Notes: generated by a model from the letters alone, not told the origin. 62,017 nt of DNA from an uncultured Clostridia bacterium (GCA_947176265.1 CAMWQA010000003.1:1-62017), one strand, 5' to 3'; positions 46,244-55,815 are shown, counted from the first letter of the stretch. Numbers and translations: made by a program.

Positions 46244-48244
46244 TTATTTATTCTTTCTTGCCTTTACCGGCTCGGGCGTACCAATCGAATAATACTTCAT
46301 TTGACTGCCCAGCGGAGCAAACAGTTGTCCGCCGCCCGTATAGAATTTGCCAAAGTATTCGACGAATTGCAATCTCGAATTGTGTACGTATGCGCCTAGC
46401 GAGTTGATAGCCACGTTGAATATATGACCGACGAGATATATTACTATGGATACAATCACGCCCAAGAACTTAACGGGTAGCATTCCCGATATTACTTCTG
46501 CAATCTGATTGAATACCATTGCTATAACGCCCGTTGCCAAACCAAGACCGAACAGACGCGTGTAGCTCATCAAGTCGGAGAAGAAATTGATAATACCGTA
46601 CAGCGACGAGAACGCTCCCGTGACTTTCTTTGCGCCCTTCTTGCCGAAAGTTCCCGCAAGCATAAGCATCACGAGACCCAATACGAGCAACACTATGCCA
46701 ACGTATTTAGCCCAGCTTCCCAACTTGCTTGCCAAAGCTATTCCGCCTATGCCAAGAGCTAAGAAGTACCAACTGAACGCAGAAGAAATACCCCACAGCC
46801 ACTGTCCTTTCTTTATCAACGCAACCATATTGATTGCCATACCTACAAACATTTGTATCAAGCCAACCGCAAGCGATACGACAAGTAGCGGCATAGGTTC
46901 TTCAATTGGGTTAAACCAATACCAAATGCCTATATCTTTTGCGCTTACTCCGAAATACGAACCGAATAAAAATCCCCAGATAATCGTCGATATACCGCCC
47001 ATAAAGACAATCTTGACAAGATTGAGTTGTCCCTTAGGAGGTCTTCTGATTGCAAGGACAAGTCCTGCTCCCAATGTGAGCAACAGACCGTAACCTGCGT
47101 CTGAAAGCATAATTCCAAACATAAGGAAGAAGAAAAATGCTACGCCTGCATTGGGGTCTATCTCTTTATAGAAAGGTACGGAATACATATTCGTCACGCT
47201 CTCGTACGGCGTAACCACTCCGTTGTTTACCGCAAGCGTCGGGACTTCTTCGCCCTCAAGCGGATCCCTTATCAAAAATGCAAGCGAAAGCGGACTGTCC
47301 GTCAACTCTTTCTCTACCCTTTGCGACTCGCTTTGCGGCAACCAAGCCTCCAAATAATAAGTAGCTTCCGTGACTTGCGTATTGTTTCTGCTTTGGGATT
47401 TAGCGACTTCAAGCGTGAGATAATCGTAAAGTTTCATCACGTCTTCTCTCAAACTCTCAAAGGTCATAATTTTTTCGACTAGTCTGTCGCTTTGTTTATC
47501 TATATTATCAATATTAGCGTAGCACTCTTCGATTATTTGACTTGCCGTCTTATTCTCGGCAATAGGACACAAAGCAAATTCGACCTCAGTCAAAATCTCT
47601 TGAATATCTTCTCTTTTTCCCTTAGGAATTATTATTGCAACGCCGCTTGCCGCCTCTCCGCCAAATACCTCGTACTCTCCGCCCTTTTCATTTATGCTCT
47701 CCAAAAGAGGAAGTCTCTCATTCTTGACTTCGCCAAGCAAAACGTTGACGGTCTTGGTATCTTTAAAGCGAGAGAACGACGCTCCCATATTCTTGTAAGG
47801 AGCCATGGAAGCAAGCAAATTATTTTGCTTTTGTCTGTCCGCTTTAAGCGCAATAATCTCGTCTTTGCACGCTTTAAGTTCTTCTATATGGGAAAAGATA
47901 TCCGCCTCAATGTCTTGTAAACTTTCAAAACTCTCAAAAGTGATAATTGGCTTTACCGCAAACATACCTCGACCTTTTGCGGGAGTATAGTCTATCTTGT
48001 GCTCCTTGGCGAGTTTCTTTGCCGTAACCTTGTATTCTTTGACGGTATCTAAACAAAATTCAAGTTTGGCAAGTTTAACTTTGTTTTCGTCGATATCCTG
48101 TTGGATCTCCACCGTCTGCATTCTGTCGATTTTTTGCGTAGCAACAACTTCTGCGCAACCCAACTTGTGCAGTTTTTTAATCAAAGTATTACGCTCTGCG
48201 ACGTTGCCTATCAAAAGCAACTTCTGCATATTACTTAATGCCAT
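46244..48244 (-). CDS. ntpI: V-type ATP synthase subunit I (stator/a-subunit)
   Basis: 666 aa: an N-terminal soluble coiled domain and a C-terminal ~7-TM domain with 'SYTRLFGLGLA' (conserved Arg). Confidence 0.93.
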   Translation of the reverse strand: MALSNMQKLLLIGNVAERNTLIKKLHKLGCAEVVATQKIDRMQTVEIQQDIDENKVKLAKLEFCLDTVKEYKVTAKKLAKEHKIDYTPAKGRGMFAVKPIITFESFESLQDIEADIFSHIEELKACKDEIIALKADRQKQNNLLASMAPYKNMGASFSRFKDTKTVNVLLGEVKNERLPLLESINEKGGEYEVFGGEAASGVAIIIPKGKREDIQEILTEVEFALCPIAENKTASQIIEECYANIDNIDKQSDRLVEKIMTFESLREDVMKLYDYLTLEVAKSQSRNNTQVTEATYYLEAWLPQSESQRVEKELTDSPLSLAFLIRDPLEGEEVPTLAVNNGVVTPYESVTNMYSVPFYKEIDPNAGVAFFFFLMFGIMLSDAGYGLLLTLGAGLVLAIRRPPKGQLNLVKIVFMGGISTIIWGFLFGSYFGVSAKDIGIWYWFNPIEEPMPLLVVSLAVGLIQMFVGMAINMVALIKKGQWLWGISSAFSWYFLALGIGGIALASKLGSWAKYVGIVLLVLGLVMLMLAGTFGKKGAKKVTGAFSSLYGIINFFSDLMSYTRLFGLGLATGVIAMVFNQIAEVISGMLPVKFLGVIVSIVIYLVGHIFNVAINSLGAYVHNSRLQFVEYFGKFYTGGGQLFAPLGSQMKYYSIGTPEPVKARKNK

Positions 48245-48557
48245 ACTTACCTTTTAATTCTTTGATTATACTAGTTATAACTTTCTTGCTGTTTTTTTCA
48301 AGCGCGGCTATCATTGCGTCAGCCTGCTTTTGAGCTTCTTCAAGTTGAATTGCTCTCAACTCCGCGCCCTTCTTTTCTCCCGCCTCAATAGCCGATTGCT
48401 CTTTGGCGTACTGTTCGTCCTTTGCGCCCACGACCATGGCTTCTACCTTGACCTTTGCTTCGCTGACGATATTATTCGACTCGTTGACCGATGCTTTGAC
48501 AATTTCCTGCGCTTTGTCTTCCGCTTCGATAATGCTGTCTATCATCTCTTCAATCAT
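48231..48557 (-). CDS. ntpF: V-type ATP synthase small peripheral-stalk subunit (G/H-like; E. hirae NtpF equivalent)
   Basis: 108 aa, a single long Ala/Glu/Lys-rich helix. It is the first gene of the cluster and overlaps ntpI by 14 nt. Confidence 0.7.
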   Translation of the reverse strand: MIEEMIDSIIEAEDKAQEIVKASVNESNNIVSEAKVKVEAMVVGAKDEQYAKEQSAIEAGEKKGAELRAIQLEEAQKQADAMIAALEKNSKKVITSIIKELKGKYGIK

Positions 48558-48576
48558 ATCAATACTCTCCGTCGAA

Positions 48577-49026
48577 TTATTTAAAATACTTGCGCTCTAT
48601 CTCGCTTATCTTTGCAACTCTGCCGGTATGTCTGCCGCCCTCAAAAGGAGTATCCAACCATACTTGCACCATTTGTCCTGCGAGTTCTTCGCCGACTACT
48701 CTTCCGCCTATGGAAAGAATATTTGCGTCGTTGTGTTGGGCGCACATTTGAGCGGTAAACAAATCGTGACATACCGCAGCTCTAACGCCCTTGACCTTGT
48801 TGGCTGCAATGCTAATGCCTATGCCGGTACCGCAAAGAATAATACCTTTATCTACTTCGCCTTTGGATACGGCTTCCGCAACCTTTAACGCGTAGTCGGG
48901 ATAGTCCACCGATTTGGTATCGTAACATCCCATATCGATTATTTCAATACCGTTGCTTTCCAAAACTTTTTTTACGGTTGGTTTTAGAACTATACCGCCG
49001 TGGTCACACCCAATTGCAATCTTCAT
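48577..49026 (-). CDS. rpiB: Ribose-5-phosphate isomerase B (RpiB/LacAB family)
   Basis: 'MKIAIGCDHGG', 'GIILCGTGIGISIAANK' and 'RHTGRV'. Length is 149 aa. Confidence 0.93.
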   Translation of the reverse strand: MKIAIGCDHGGIVLKPTVKKVLESNGIEIIDMGCYDTKSVDYPDYALKVAEAVSKGEVDKGIILCGTGIGISIAANKVKGVRAAVCHDLFTAQMCAQHNDANILSIGGRVVGEELAGQMVQVWLDTPFEGGRHTGRVAKISEIERKYFK

Positions 49027-49056
49027 ACGCGCTCCTATTTACTTGTGTACCATTGT

Positions 49057-49085
49057 ATTTTAACATAATTTCCCAAATTATGCAA
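49057..49085 (-). promoter_or_regulatory. Putative sigma-70 promoter for rpiB and the V-ATPase operon
   Basis: On the minus strand: -35 TTGCAT (49080-49085), a 17-bp spacer and -10 TAAAAT (49057-49062). An AGGAG Shine-Dalgarno precedes the rpiB ATG. Only 19 nt separate rpiB from ntpF. Confidence 0.4.
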
Positions 49086-49186
49086 GACTTATTTTTTTAT
49101 TTCCCTTATAATATGCCGATAATAATTATAAATTTACTTTGCCTTTTGTCGAATTATACAAAATAAATATCAAATTGCCTTTTAAC

Positions 49187-49630
49187 TTACGACATCTTTT
49201 TTTGAGCCAAACCCACAATCTTGTCCATTCCATGCCTCAACTGTTTTTCTACCGCGCGATAATCCGAGCTACTTCCTCCAAATGGGTCAATGACGTCTCC
49301 GTCGCCTGTAATATCGTCAAAGCTAAAGAGCTTTTTACCGTCGACTTTACCTGCAAGCATTCTTTTATGTTCTCTCGTCATAGTGACAACCATATCGCAA
49401 TCTGAGAGCAACTTGGGAGTGACGGGCTGCGACCTGTGCGTGAAGAAAATATTCATCTTTTCGATTATTTCTTTTGTATGTTCGCTCATAGGCTCGCCGT
49501 AACTGCAGTAGATACCCGCGCTGTCGGTCTCAATACCTTGCAATCCTTCGGTATCTATCTTCTCTTGTAATATCGCTTGCGCCATTGGCGAACGGCACGT
49601 ATTGCCAGTGCATACAAACAAGATTTTCAT
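49187..49630 (-). CDS. ywlE: LMW phosphatase-family protein, YwlE-like (candidate protein-arginine phosphatase)
   Basis: P-loop 'FVCTGNTCRSPMA' (Thr at the position that is Ile in pTyr-specific enzymes) and 'IDPFGGS'. It sits between sua5 and rpiB, as in Bacillus subtilis ywlC-ywlE-ywlF. Confidence 0.65.
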   Translation of the reverse strand: MKILFVCTGNTCRSPMAQAILQEKIDTEGLQGIETDSAGIYCSYGEPMSEHTKEIIEKMNIFFTHRSQPVTPKLLSDCDMVVTMTREHKRMLAGKVDGKKLFSFDDITGDGDVIDPFGGSSSDYRAVEKQLRHGMDKIVGLAQKKMS

Positions 49631-50634
49631 ATACGTTTACCTCCGCTTGCTTTGTTGATTCTGTTCATTATCGACGCGCCCAATCCCTCGTCGCCAAAGT
49701 CCTGACAAATGATATAGTCGTACTTATCCTGCGCTTCGTGCATTGCCGCATATATATTTCGCATCGCCTCTTCGTCAGTCGCCCCCAATCTAATTACGTT
49801 CAAACGTATGGAGTTCAATAGAATCTGATCTGGAACGTAATCATTTTTTGCGATAATCACCGGATTATGTTGAAGCCCTACTTGTCTTCCATATTCAAAG
49901 ATTGCTTTATCCTCACTTGACGCGACGACCATTTCGCAACTCGGCGCGTAATGTTTGTACTTCATGCCGGGAGCTTTTGCGACTATAATGTTACCGTCAA
50001 AATTTTTTACTTTATCCAACACCTTGACAAGCATGTCTGCCGTAATAGCGCCGGGGCGCAATATAGTCGGCACGTCTACCGTCATGTCAACTATAGTCGA
50101 TTCTATACCTACTTCGCACTCCCCGCCTTGCAATATCAGCGGTATGCGCCCTTTCATATCTTCAAATACGTGCTGCGCGCTCGTGGGGGAAATCTTTGTC
50201 GAAGTATTTGCAGACGGAGCTGCCAAAGGTACTCCGCAAGCCTTTATAAATTGTCTTGCTACGTTGTGTTTGGGAAAGCGTATTCCCACGGTGTCAAGCC
50301 CCGCCGTCACTTCGTCGGGAACGGCTTTTGACCTCTTGAGAATTACGGTAATAGGTCCGGGCATAAATGCCTTTATAACTGCTTTTGCGCTATCGGATAC
50401 GTCGACCGCTAATTTATCTATCCAAGATATATCGGCGATATGCGCAATAAGAGGGTTGTCCATCGGTCTGCCCTTTGCCTCGAATATCTTGCGCACCGCG
50501 TTGCCGTCAAAAGCGTTAGCTCCCAATCCGTATACCGTCTCCGTAGGGAAAACTACGATATCGCCATTTTTGATAAGCTCGGCGGCTTCGTCAAGTCCTT
50601 GTTCAATTGATACGATTTTAGTCTGCATCGTCAT
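49627..50634 (-). CDS. tsaC: L-threonylcarbamoyladenylate synthase, Sua5-type (TsaC plus Sua5 C-terminal domain)
   Basis: 'VVFPTETVYGLGANA', 'KGRPMDNPLI' and 'SANTS'. At 335 aa it includes the C-terminal Sua5 domain. Confidence 0.93.
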   Translation of the reverse strand: MTMQTKIVSIEQGLDEAAELIKNGDIVVFPTETVYGLGANAFDGNAVRKIFEAKGRPMDNPLIAHIADISWIDKLAVDVSDSAKAVIKAFMPGPITVILKRSKAVPDEVTAGLDTVGIRFPKHNVARQFIKACGVPLAAPSANTSTKISPTSAQHVFEDMKGRIPLILQGGECEVGIESTIVDMTVDVPTILRPGAITADMLVKVLDKVKNFDGNIIVAKAPGMKYKHYAPSCEMVVASSEDKAIFEYGRQVGLQHNPVIIAKNDYVPDQILLNSIRLNVIRLGATDEEAMRNIYAAMHEAQDKYDYIICQDFGDEGLGASIMNRINKASGGKRI

Positions 50635-51584
50635 ACCTTTGCGCTTATTGCCTTAAGATTGCCGTATATAGTAACCTTGCCAAGTTCTGCAGGCAAGAAT
50701 ACCGTGTCGCCCAAATCAAGCGAAATGCAATTGCCGTCCGCCATGATTGCTCCGCTTCCGTCGACTACGGTCAGCGATACGAACGAGTCTTCGCCAACTT
50801 CAAAATTATACTCCTCTTGGCAAGTAATCTCGCTTGCCGTAAAGTATTTGCAACTTGCAAGCGTAACGGCATTGTCGTCTACTCTAACTGAATTTTCATT
50901 TGCCTTTACTACCTTTGACGTATCCGTCACGTCGAGAGCCTTGTCAATATGCAACTGTCTTTTATTACCCTTGTCGTCTACTCTGTCGTAATCGTAAAGC
51001 CTATAGGTAATTGAAGAATTTTGCTGTACCTCGCAAAGCAATATTCCACCGCATATAGCGTGCACCGTGCCGGCAGGTATAAACAGACAGTCGCCTTTTT
51101 GTACTTCAATAAAATTGAGATAGTCGGTTATTTTTCCTTCCGCCAAAGCCTGCCCTAACTGCTCTTTTGAAATAGGTTCTTTAAAACCGCAATAGACTCC
51201 GCTGCCTTGCTTCGCTTCGACAATATACCACATCTCCGTTTTGCCGTACTCTCCCTCTTCGCGCAAAGCGTATTCGTCGTCGGGGTGTACTTGAATTGAA
51301 AGATTGCTCTTGCTGTCAATGAGTTTTACAAGTATTGGGAAAAAGGAAAACCCCCTGCCCTTTACGCCCAAAAATTGCGGATTCTCTTCAAGCACTCCGG
51401 AAAGTCTGCGAGAGGAAAATTCGCCGTTTACAACAATACTTTCGCCCTTTTCATGACAGGCAAGCTCCCAGCTCTCGGCAATGTTTGCGCCAACTCCCTT
51501 TTTATTCCACTTGTCGCTCATAAGTCGCGTACCGCCCCACACCGCTTCGACGGTGGCAGGCACTAATTTCATTGGATAACTCAT
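50631..51584 (-). CDS. manA: Mannose-6-phosphate isomerase, class I (Firmicutes type)
   Basis: 'VWGGTRL', 'LSIQVHPDDEYA', 'GKTEMWYIV' and 'IPAGTVHAI' (cupin metal ligands). Confidence 0.9.
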   Translation of the reverse strand: MSYPMKLVPATVEAVWGGTRLMSDKWNKKGVGANIAESWELACHEKGESIVVNGEFSSRRLSGVLEENPQFLGVKGRGFSFFPILVKLIDSKSNLSIQVHPDDEYALREEGEYGKTEMWYIVEAKQGSGVYCGFKEPISKEQLGQALAEGKITDYLNFIEVQKGDCLFIPAGTVHAICGGILLCEVQQNSSITYRLYDYDRVDDKGNKRQLHIDKALDVTDTSKVVKANENSVRVDDNAVTLASCKYFTASEITCQEEYNFEVGEDSFVSLTVVDGSGAIMADGNCISLDLGDTVFLPAELGKVTIYGNLKAISAKV

Positions 51585-51633
51585 TGTATATACCTCTTTA
51601 TCAATGTATTTTTATAATTTATTTATCTACTAC

Positions 51634-53373
51634 TTACTTAGGAAAGACAACTTTAAATTCGCTGCCAACTCCGGGTTCGCTCTTAAGAGTAATCTTTGCT
51701 CCGTGTATTACGGCGATTCTCTTGACGATGGCAAGTCCCAATCCCGTGGAGCTCTCGTTGGTATAGGTGCGCGACGCGTCGACTTTGTAGAACCTCTCAA
51801 AGAGTCTGCTCTGATGCTCTTTTGCGATACCTGCGCCGTTATCTTTTACAATGAGAGTCACGTCGTCTTTATCCTCGCTCAAAATTACGTCGACTTTACC
51901 GCCCTCTTTATTGTACTTGATTGCATTGTTGACGAGATTGGTTATCAACGTAGTAATCATCTTGGGTCTGCATATCAAGCGCGCCTCTCCCGACAAATTC
52001 AAGCTCACTCCCTTACTGTCGGCAATGCCTTTGAGCTCTTTGACGGCTTGCTGACAAAGCTCTGCCATATCCGCCGAGGACAGCTCTTCGTTGTCCATAT
52101 CGGCGTCGAGTTTTGACAGCTTGAGCATATCGTCAATGAGAGCTTTCATTCTGCCCGCATTGGAATTGATTTCGCGAATACATACGTCAAGCTGTTTTTG
52201 AGATACGCCGTCCATCGTCAAGAGTTCGGAATATCCGCTGATTGCCGTCAATGGAGTCTTGAGTTCGTGAGACGCGTTGGCGAAAAACTCGCTTCGTATC
52301 TTTGCGCTGTTGACTTCCATAGTGACGTTGGTAAATATGATTATCATAACGTCGCCGGTAATGACGTCGCTCTCTTCCATCATATCAAAACTTGTCTCGA
52401 CTCTGTATATGTCTTCGCCTATATATATTTCGCCCACGTAATACTTTTTGGACTCTAAGGACTGCTTGAGCGCTGTTAGCAAATCTTGGTTGTCAATGAG
52501 ATAACCGAGGTCTACTCCCACCACGTCGTTTTCTTTGCCGAATATTCTCAAAGCCACGTTGTTGTTGAGCACTATTCTTCCGCTTTGAGACACTACTATA
52601 ATGCCTTGATTAACGGAGTGCAACAGTATTGAAGACTTCTTTTGTTCATATTGAAGATTGACGAAGTTTTTGGCAATTTCGCCCGCTATGTCGTCTACCT
52701 TTGTAAGCACGGCTTTAAACTCGGGAAAGTTGAGTTTTTCCGGCACTTGCATAGGCGTGTATTCTCCGTTGTTTATGTCGACGAGAATACCCTCGAGCTT
52801 TTCAAAAGGAATAGTTGCAAACTTCATATTGACCGTCAGTGCAAAGTATGAAGCAAGTATTACGCCAGCCCATATTAACACGGCAATTATGACGATAAGA
52901 AAATACGGTCCGGTATTGTAAATTACGTCTACCGAGCACATTAGTATCATATATCCGCCCTCGACGTTGTCGTTGCGGATCTTGACGGCGTAATTGATTG
53001 CCATTCCCTTTTGGTAAGAACTACCCAAGAAAAAATGCTCGCCCTTTTTATCGGCTTTTCCTATATGGCGCATAATTCTGCGCCCCAAATCAAGTTGTTC
53101 GGGAGTGTTTTGAAATTTCACTTGTTTGTTGGAATCAAATACGACGATCTTATAAAATTTCTCTTTTTCGACAGGTTCTTCAAGTTCAAATTCTATTTCG
53201 TCAAAGTTTTGCACTTCTTTCAACTTTTCTGCGACGAACTTGGTCTCTTGATTGAGAAAGTCTTTGATTGAATTAATGGTATAGATATTGAAAAGAAAAA
53301 ACGTCAAAGCAACGGTAACGAATACCGCTACCGTCATTATCAATATTACTCTTCTCAAAATCTTATTTTTCAT
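51634..53373 (-). CDS. Sensor histidine kinase (two TM segments, extracytoplasmic loop, PAS-like, HisKA, HATPase_c)
   Basis: H-box 'FFANASHELKTPLTAI', N-box 'LVNNAIKYN', G1 'VKDNGAGI' and G2 'GLGLAIVK'. Confidence 0.93.
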   Translation of the reverse strand: MKNKILRRVILIMTVAVFVTVALTFFLFNIYTINSIKDFLNQETKFVAEKLKEVQNFDEIEFELEEPVEKEKFYKIVVFDSNKQVKFQNTPEQLDLGRRIMRHIGKADKKGEHFFLGSSYQKGMAINYAVKIRNDNVEGGYMILMCSVDVIYNTGPYFLIVIIAVLIWAGVILASYFALTVNMKFATIPFEKLEGILVDINNGEYTPMQVPEKLNFPEFKAVLTKVDDIAGEIAKNFVNLQYEQKKSSILLHSVNQGIIVVSQSGRIVLNNNVALRIFGKENDVVGVDLGYLIDNQDLLTALKQSLESKKYYVGEIYIGEDIYRVETSFDMMEESDVITGDVMIIIFTNVTMEVNSAKIRSEFFANASHELKTPLTAISGYSELLTMDGVSQKQLDVCIREINSNAGRMKALIDDMLKLSKLDADMDNEELSSADMAELCQQAVKELKGIADSKGVSLNLSGEARLICRPKMITTLITNLVNNAIKYNKEGGKVDVILSEDKDDVTLIVKDNGAGIAKEHQSRLFERFYKVDASRTYTNESSTGLGLAIVKRIAVIHGAKITLKSEPGVGSEFKVVFPK

Positions 53374-53383
53374 AAAGTCAAAA

Positions 53384-54070
53384 CTAATTCTTTATAAATT
53401 TGTAGCCGACACCTCTAATCGTCAAAATAAACTGCTCGTCGGAGAACTCCGCCAGTTTAGAACGCAAAGACTTGATATGCATATCCAGCGTACGCGTTTC
53501 GCCTACGAATTCATAGTCCCATACCTCGGACAATATTCTCTCTCTCGTCACTACATAATCAGCATTTTTAATAAGCAAAGCAAGCAAGTTGTATTCTTTG
53601 AGAGTGAGATTGACGACTTGTCCGTTGACGTATACTACGTGTTCTGCATTGTTGATTTTGACACAACCGCACTCAATGAGGTCTTCTTCTGTTTTTCTAC
53701 TGCCCGACTTACGCAAATTCGCCTTTACTCTGGCAATAAGCTCAAGCATACCGAAAGGCTTGGCAATATAGTCGTCCGCGCCTGCGTCAAGTCCTCTCAC
53801 TTTGACGCTCTCATCGCCCTTTGCGCTGGCAATGATAACTGGTATATCTTTGGTCTGCGCGTCTTGTTTGAGAAGAGACAACGCCTTGAGACCGTCCATA
53901 CCCGGGAGCATCAAGTCCAAAATGATAATGTCGGGAGTCTTGCTTTTCAAAGCTTCAAACATATCTTCCGCCCTTACGAAACCTGTGCAGTCGAACTTGT
54001 CCTGAAAGGCAATCTCATACAGTCCTCTTATGCTTTCGTCGTCTTCTACTACAAAAACTTTATATTCCAT
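53384..54070 (-). CDS. OmpR/PhoB-family response regulator
   Basis: Start set to the ATG at 54068-54070 (AGGAGG Shine-Dalgarno at 54072-54077). Receiver 'VVEDD...', 'IIILDLMLPGMDG', 'SAKGD'; winged helix 'TLKEYNLL', 'RTLDMHI' and 'IRGVGYKF'. Confidence 0.95.
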   Translation of the reverse strand: MEYKVFVVEDDESIRGLYEIAFQDKFDCTGFVRAEDMFEALKSKTPDIIILDLMLPGMDGLKALSLLKQDAQTKDIPVIIASAKGDESVKVRGLDAGADDYIAKPFGMLELIARVKANLRKSGSRKTEEDLIECGCVKINNAEHVVYVNGQVVNLTLKEYNLLALLIKNADYVVTRERILSEVWDYEFVGETRTLDMHIKSLRSKLAEFSDEQFILTIRGVGYKFIKN

Positions 54071-54217
54071 AAATCCTCCTTTGAGCGTCAAAATTTATCC
54101 TTACACAGTTTAGCATAACGAATATATTATGTAAATACCCATTACGCAAATCTAATGATAACTTTGACAAAATTTTACAATTTCCCATTTTTCAAGAGTC
54201 TGCGGTTACTCTAATTT

Positions 54218-54375
54218 GAGGCTCTGATTAAGTGAGCGCGAGCAAGATTGCGTAAACGATTTTTGCGATAAGCAGGATACGTATTGCAGTCGTACTTTAT
54301 GTACGTCAAAATGCGTAGACGAACTTAGCGCATAAATCGATAGCAAGATTGCCACGCGAACTTGATTAGAGACTC
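54218..54375 (+). repeat. ~155-bp structured intergenic repeat, copy B (partner of 5560-5717)
   Basis: Collinear with copy A over about 150 nt. Ends are GAGGCTCTGATTAAGTGAGCGCG ... CACGCGAACTTGATTAGAGACTC and the core is GTCGTACTTTATGTACGTC. Its last 2 nt overlap the TGA of the 54374 gene. Confidence 0.85.
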
Positions 54376-55165
54376 ATTGCAAATAAAAGTCGCAATCGAA
54401 TCTGTCTCCCAACTTTTTGCCGTGAGCGACAAATTCCCAAAACTCGCCGGCGGTCTTTTCCACTTCGGACAGCGCGGTCATTGCAAGTTTGTCAAGCGTA
54501 TTGCGCACTTCTACGCACTTGTCGTTCTCGTCCTTCTGAATGAGTATGTCAAGCCCCGCTTCGTTGCCCGACGCCTTGAATACGAATATCAAGAACTTGC
54601 GCCAAAGCTTGTTTTGTTTGGATATGTACTTGAGATACTTTTTGCGGTCTTTCAATGTCTTCTTTATATTTTTGGGAGTAGTATTGAGGTATTTTGCCAC
54701 AACCTCTTGCGTAGACGAATCGCTGACCTGAAAGCGGAGATATTTGTTGTCAAACGGGTCTTCGCCGTATTTTATCAACAGTTTTCTGTCGTAATCAGTC
54801 TCTATGACGAAATGTTTTGCCACTCCCTCGGCTTGCATCTTTTCGATAAACGGATGAGCGCGGGAATCAAGAATAAAGTGCGTATAGTATCCCGCAAGAA
54901 ATGCTATGTCGCTCTCTTTGGTGCAACTGTCCACCGCTTTTTCTCTAAAGTCTTCCAGTTGCGCCTTTACGTTTTCCCTATGCAACTTTGAACCGTAACT
55001 GCGTACGTCGTTCTTTTTGTACGGCTTGAAATAAAACAGCAAGTCGCCCCCTGCTGTGCCGAGGTCGTAGAACTTGCGGTTGTCCTTGACTATTTTTTGC
55101 AATTCTTGGGGGAATTTAGCAATACATTTTTCCCCAAAAAGATAGTGCGCGTATATTGACGGCAT
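54374..55165 (-). CDS. Zinc-dependent phospholipase C-like family protein
   Basis: The N-terminal 'PSIYAHYLFG' and 'LAGYYTHFILDSRAHPFI' His-rich motifs resemble the PLC-like metal-site family common in Clostridia. There is no signal peptide. Confidence 0.55.
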   Translation of the reverse strand: MPSIYAHYLFGEKCIAKFPQELQKIVKDNRKFYDLGTAGGDLLFYFKPYKKNDVRSYGSKLHRENVKAQLEDFREKAVDSCTKESDIAFLAGYYTHFILDSRAHPFIEKMQAEGVAKHFVIETDYDRKLLIKYGEDPFDNKYLRFQVSDSSTQEVVAKYLNTTPKNIKKTLKDRKKYLKYISKQNKLWRKFLIFVFKASGNEAGLDILIQKDENDKCVEVRNTLDKLAMTALSEVEKTAGEFWEFVAHGKKLGDRFDCDFYLQ

Positions 55166-55178
55166 AGACTCACCTCAA

Positions 55179-55751
55179 TCACTTAATCATATCTTTGAGC
55201 AAATTCTCAAGATACTCTTTGCGCTCTTCGGAATTATTCAAATCCACGCCGCTACGCAGTTTTATCACTTCAGTACGCAAAAACGACTGTTCGATGATAT
55301 ATATAACTCTCGAAGCTATCAAATACGCCTTTTGGTCGTCGTAAGACGGCTTGCAGTCTTTTACGATTGGGATATACGCGTCAATGAGCTCCGACGTGGT
55401 ATCGTCGTTGGACGTATTGCCGAGGTCGTAAATTAGCGCTACCTTTGACACGTTGGGCTTGGTATATAGATAATCAAAGGTCATAAGGCACAGATAATTG
55501 AGTTTCTCCTTTGGCTTCATATACGCAAGCGAAGTCCTAACCTTGTGGAATTCTTCGACGATTGACATAATCATCTTCTTCACACAGCGGTTGACAAGCA
55601 CTTCTTTAGAGCCGAAATGGTAATTGACAAGTCCCACTCCAATTCCCAGTCTGCTTGCAAGTTCTCTAATCGTAAGTTTTTGAGGGTCGTCGCCCTTCTC
55701 TTCGAGTATGGCAATTGCCTCGTCGATGATTGCGTCTTTTGTTACTTTCAT
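55179..55751 (-). CDS. TetR/AcrR-family transcriptional regulator
   Basis: Start set to the ATG at 55749-55751 (GGAGA Shine-Dalgarno upstream); the listed start is a TTG inside the palindrome. N-terminal HTH 'LTIRELASRLGIGVGLVNYHFGSKEVLV' followed by a helical ligand domain. Confidence 0.88.
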   Translation of the reverse strand: MKVTKDAIIDEAIAILEEKGDDPQKLTIRELASRLGIGVGLVNYHFGSKEVLVNRCVKKMIMSIVEEFHKVRTSLAYMKPKEKLNYLCLMTFDYLYTKPNVSKVALIYDLGNTSNDDTTSELIDAYIPIVKDCKPSYDDQKAYLIASRVIYIIEQSFLRTEVIKLRSGVDLNNSEERKEYLENLLKDMIK

Positions 55752-55767
55752 AAACACTCTCCATATT

Positions 55768-55815
55768 TGAACATTGTTCAATAATATTATAGGTTATCCT
55801 TATGGGAATTGTCAA
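55768..55815 (-). promoter_or_regulatory. Consensus sigma-70 promoter of the TetR gene with the palindromic operator (copy 3 of 3) over the +1 region
   Basis: On the minus strand: -35 TTGACA (55810-55815), an 18-bp spacer and -10 TATAAT (55786-55791). Five nt later comes TGAACAATGTTCA (55768-55780), then GGAGA and the ATG. Confidence 0.6.
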
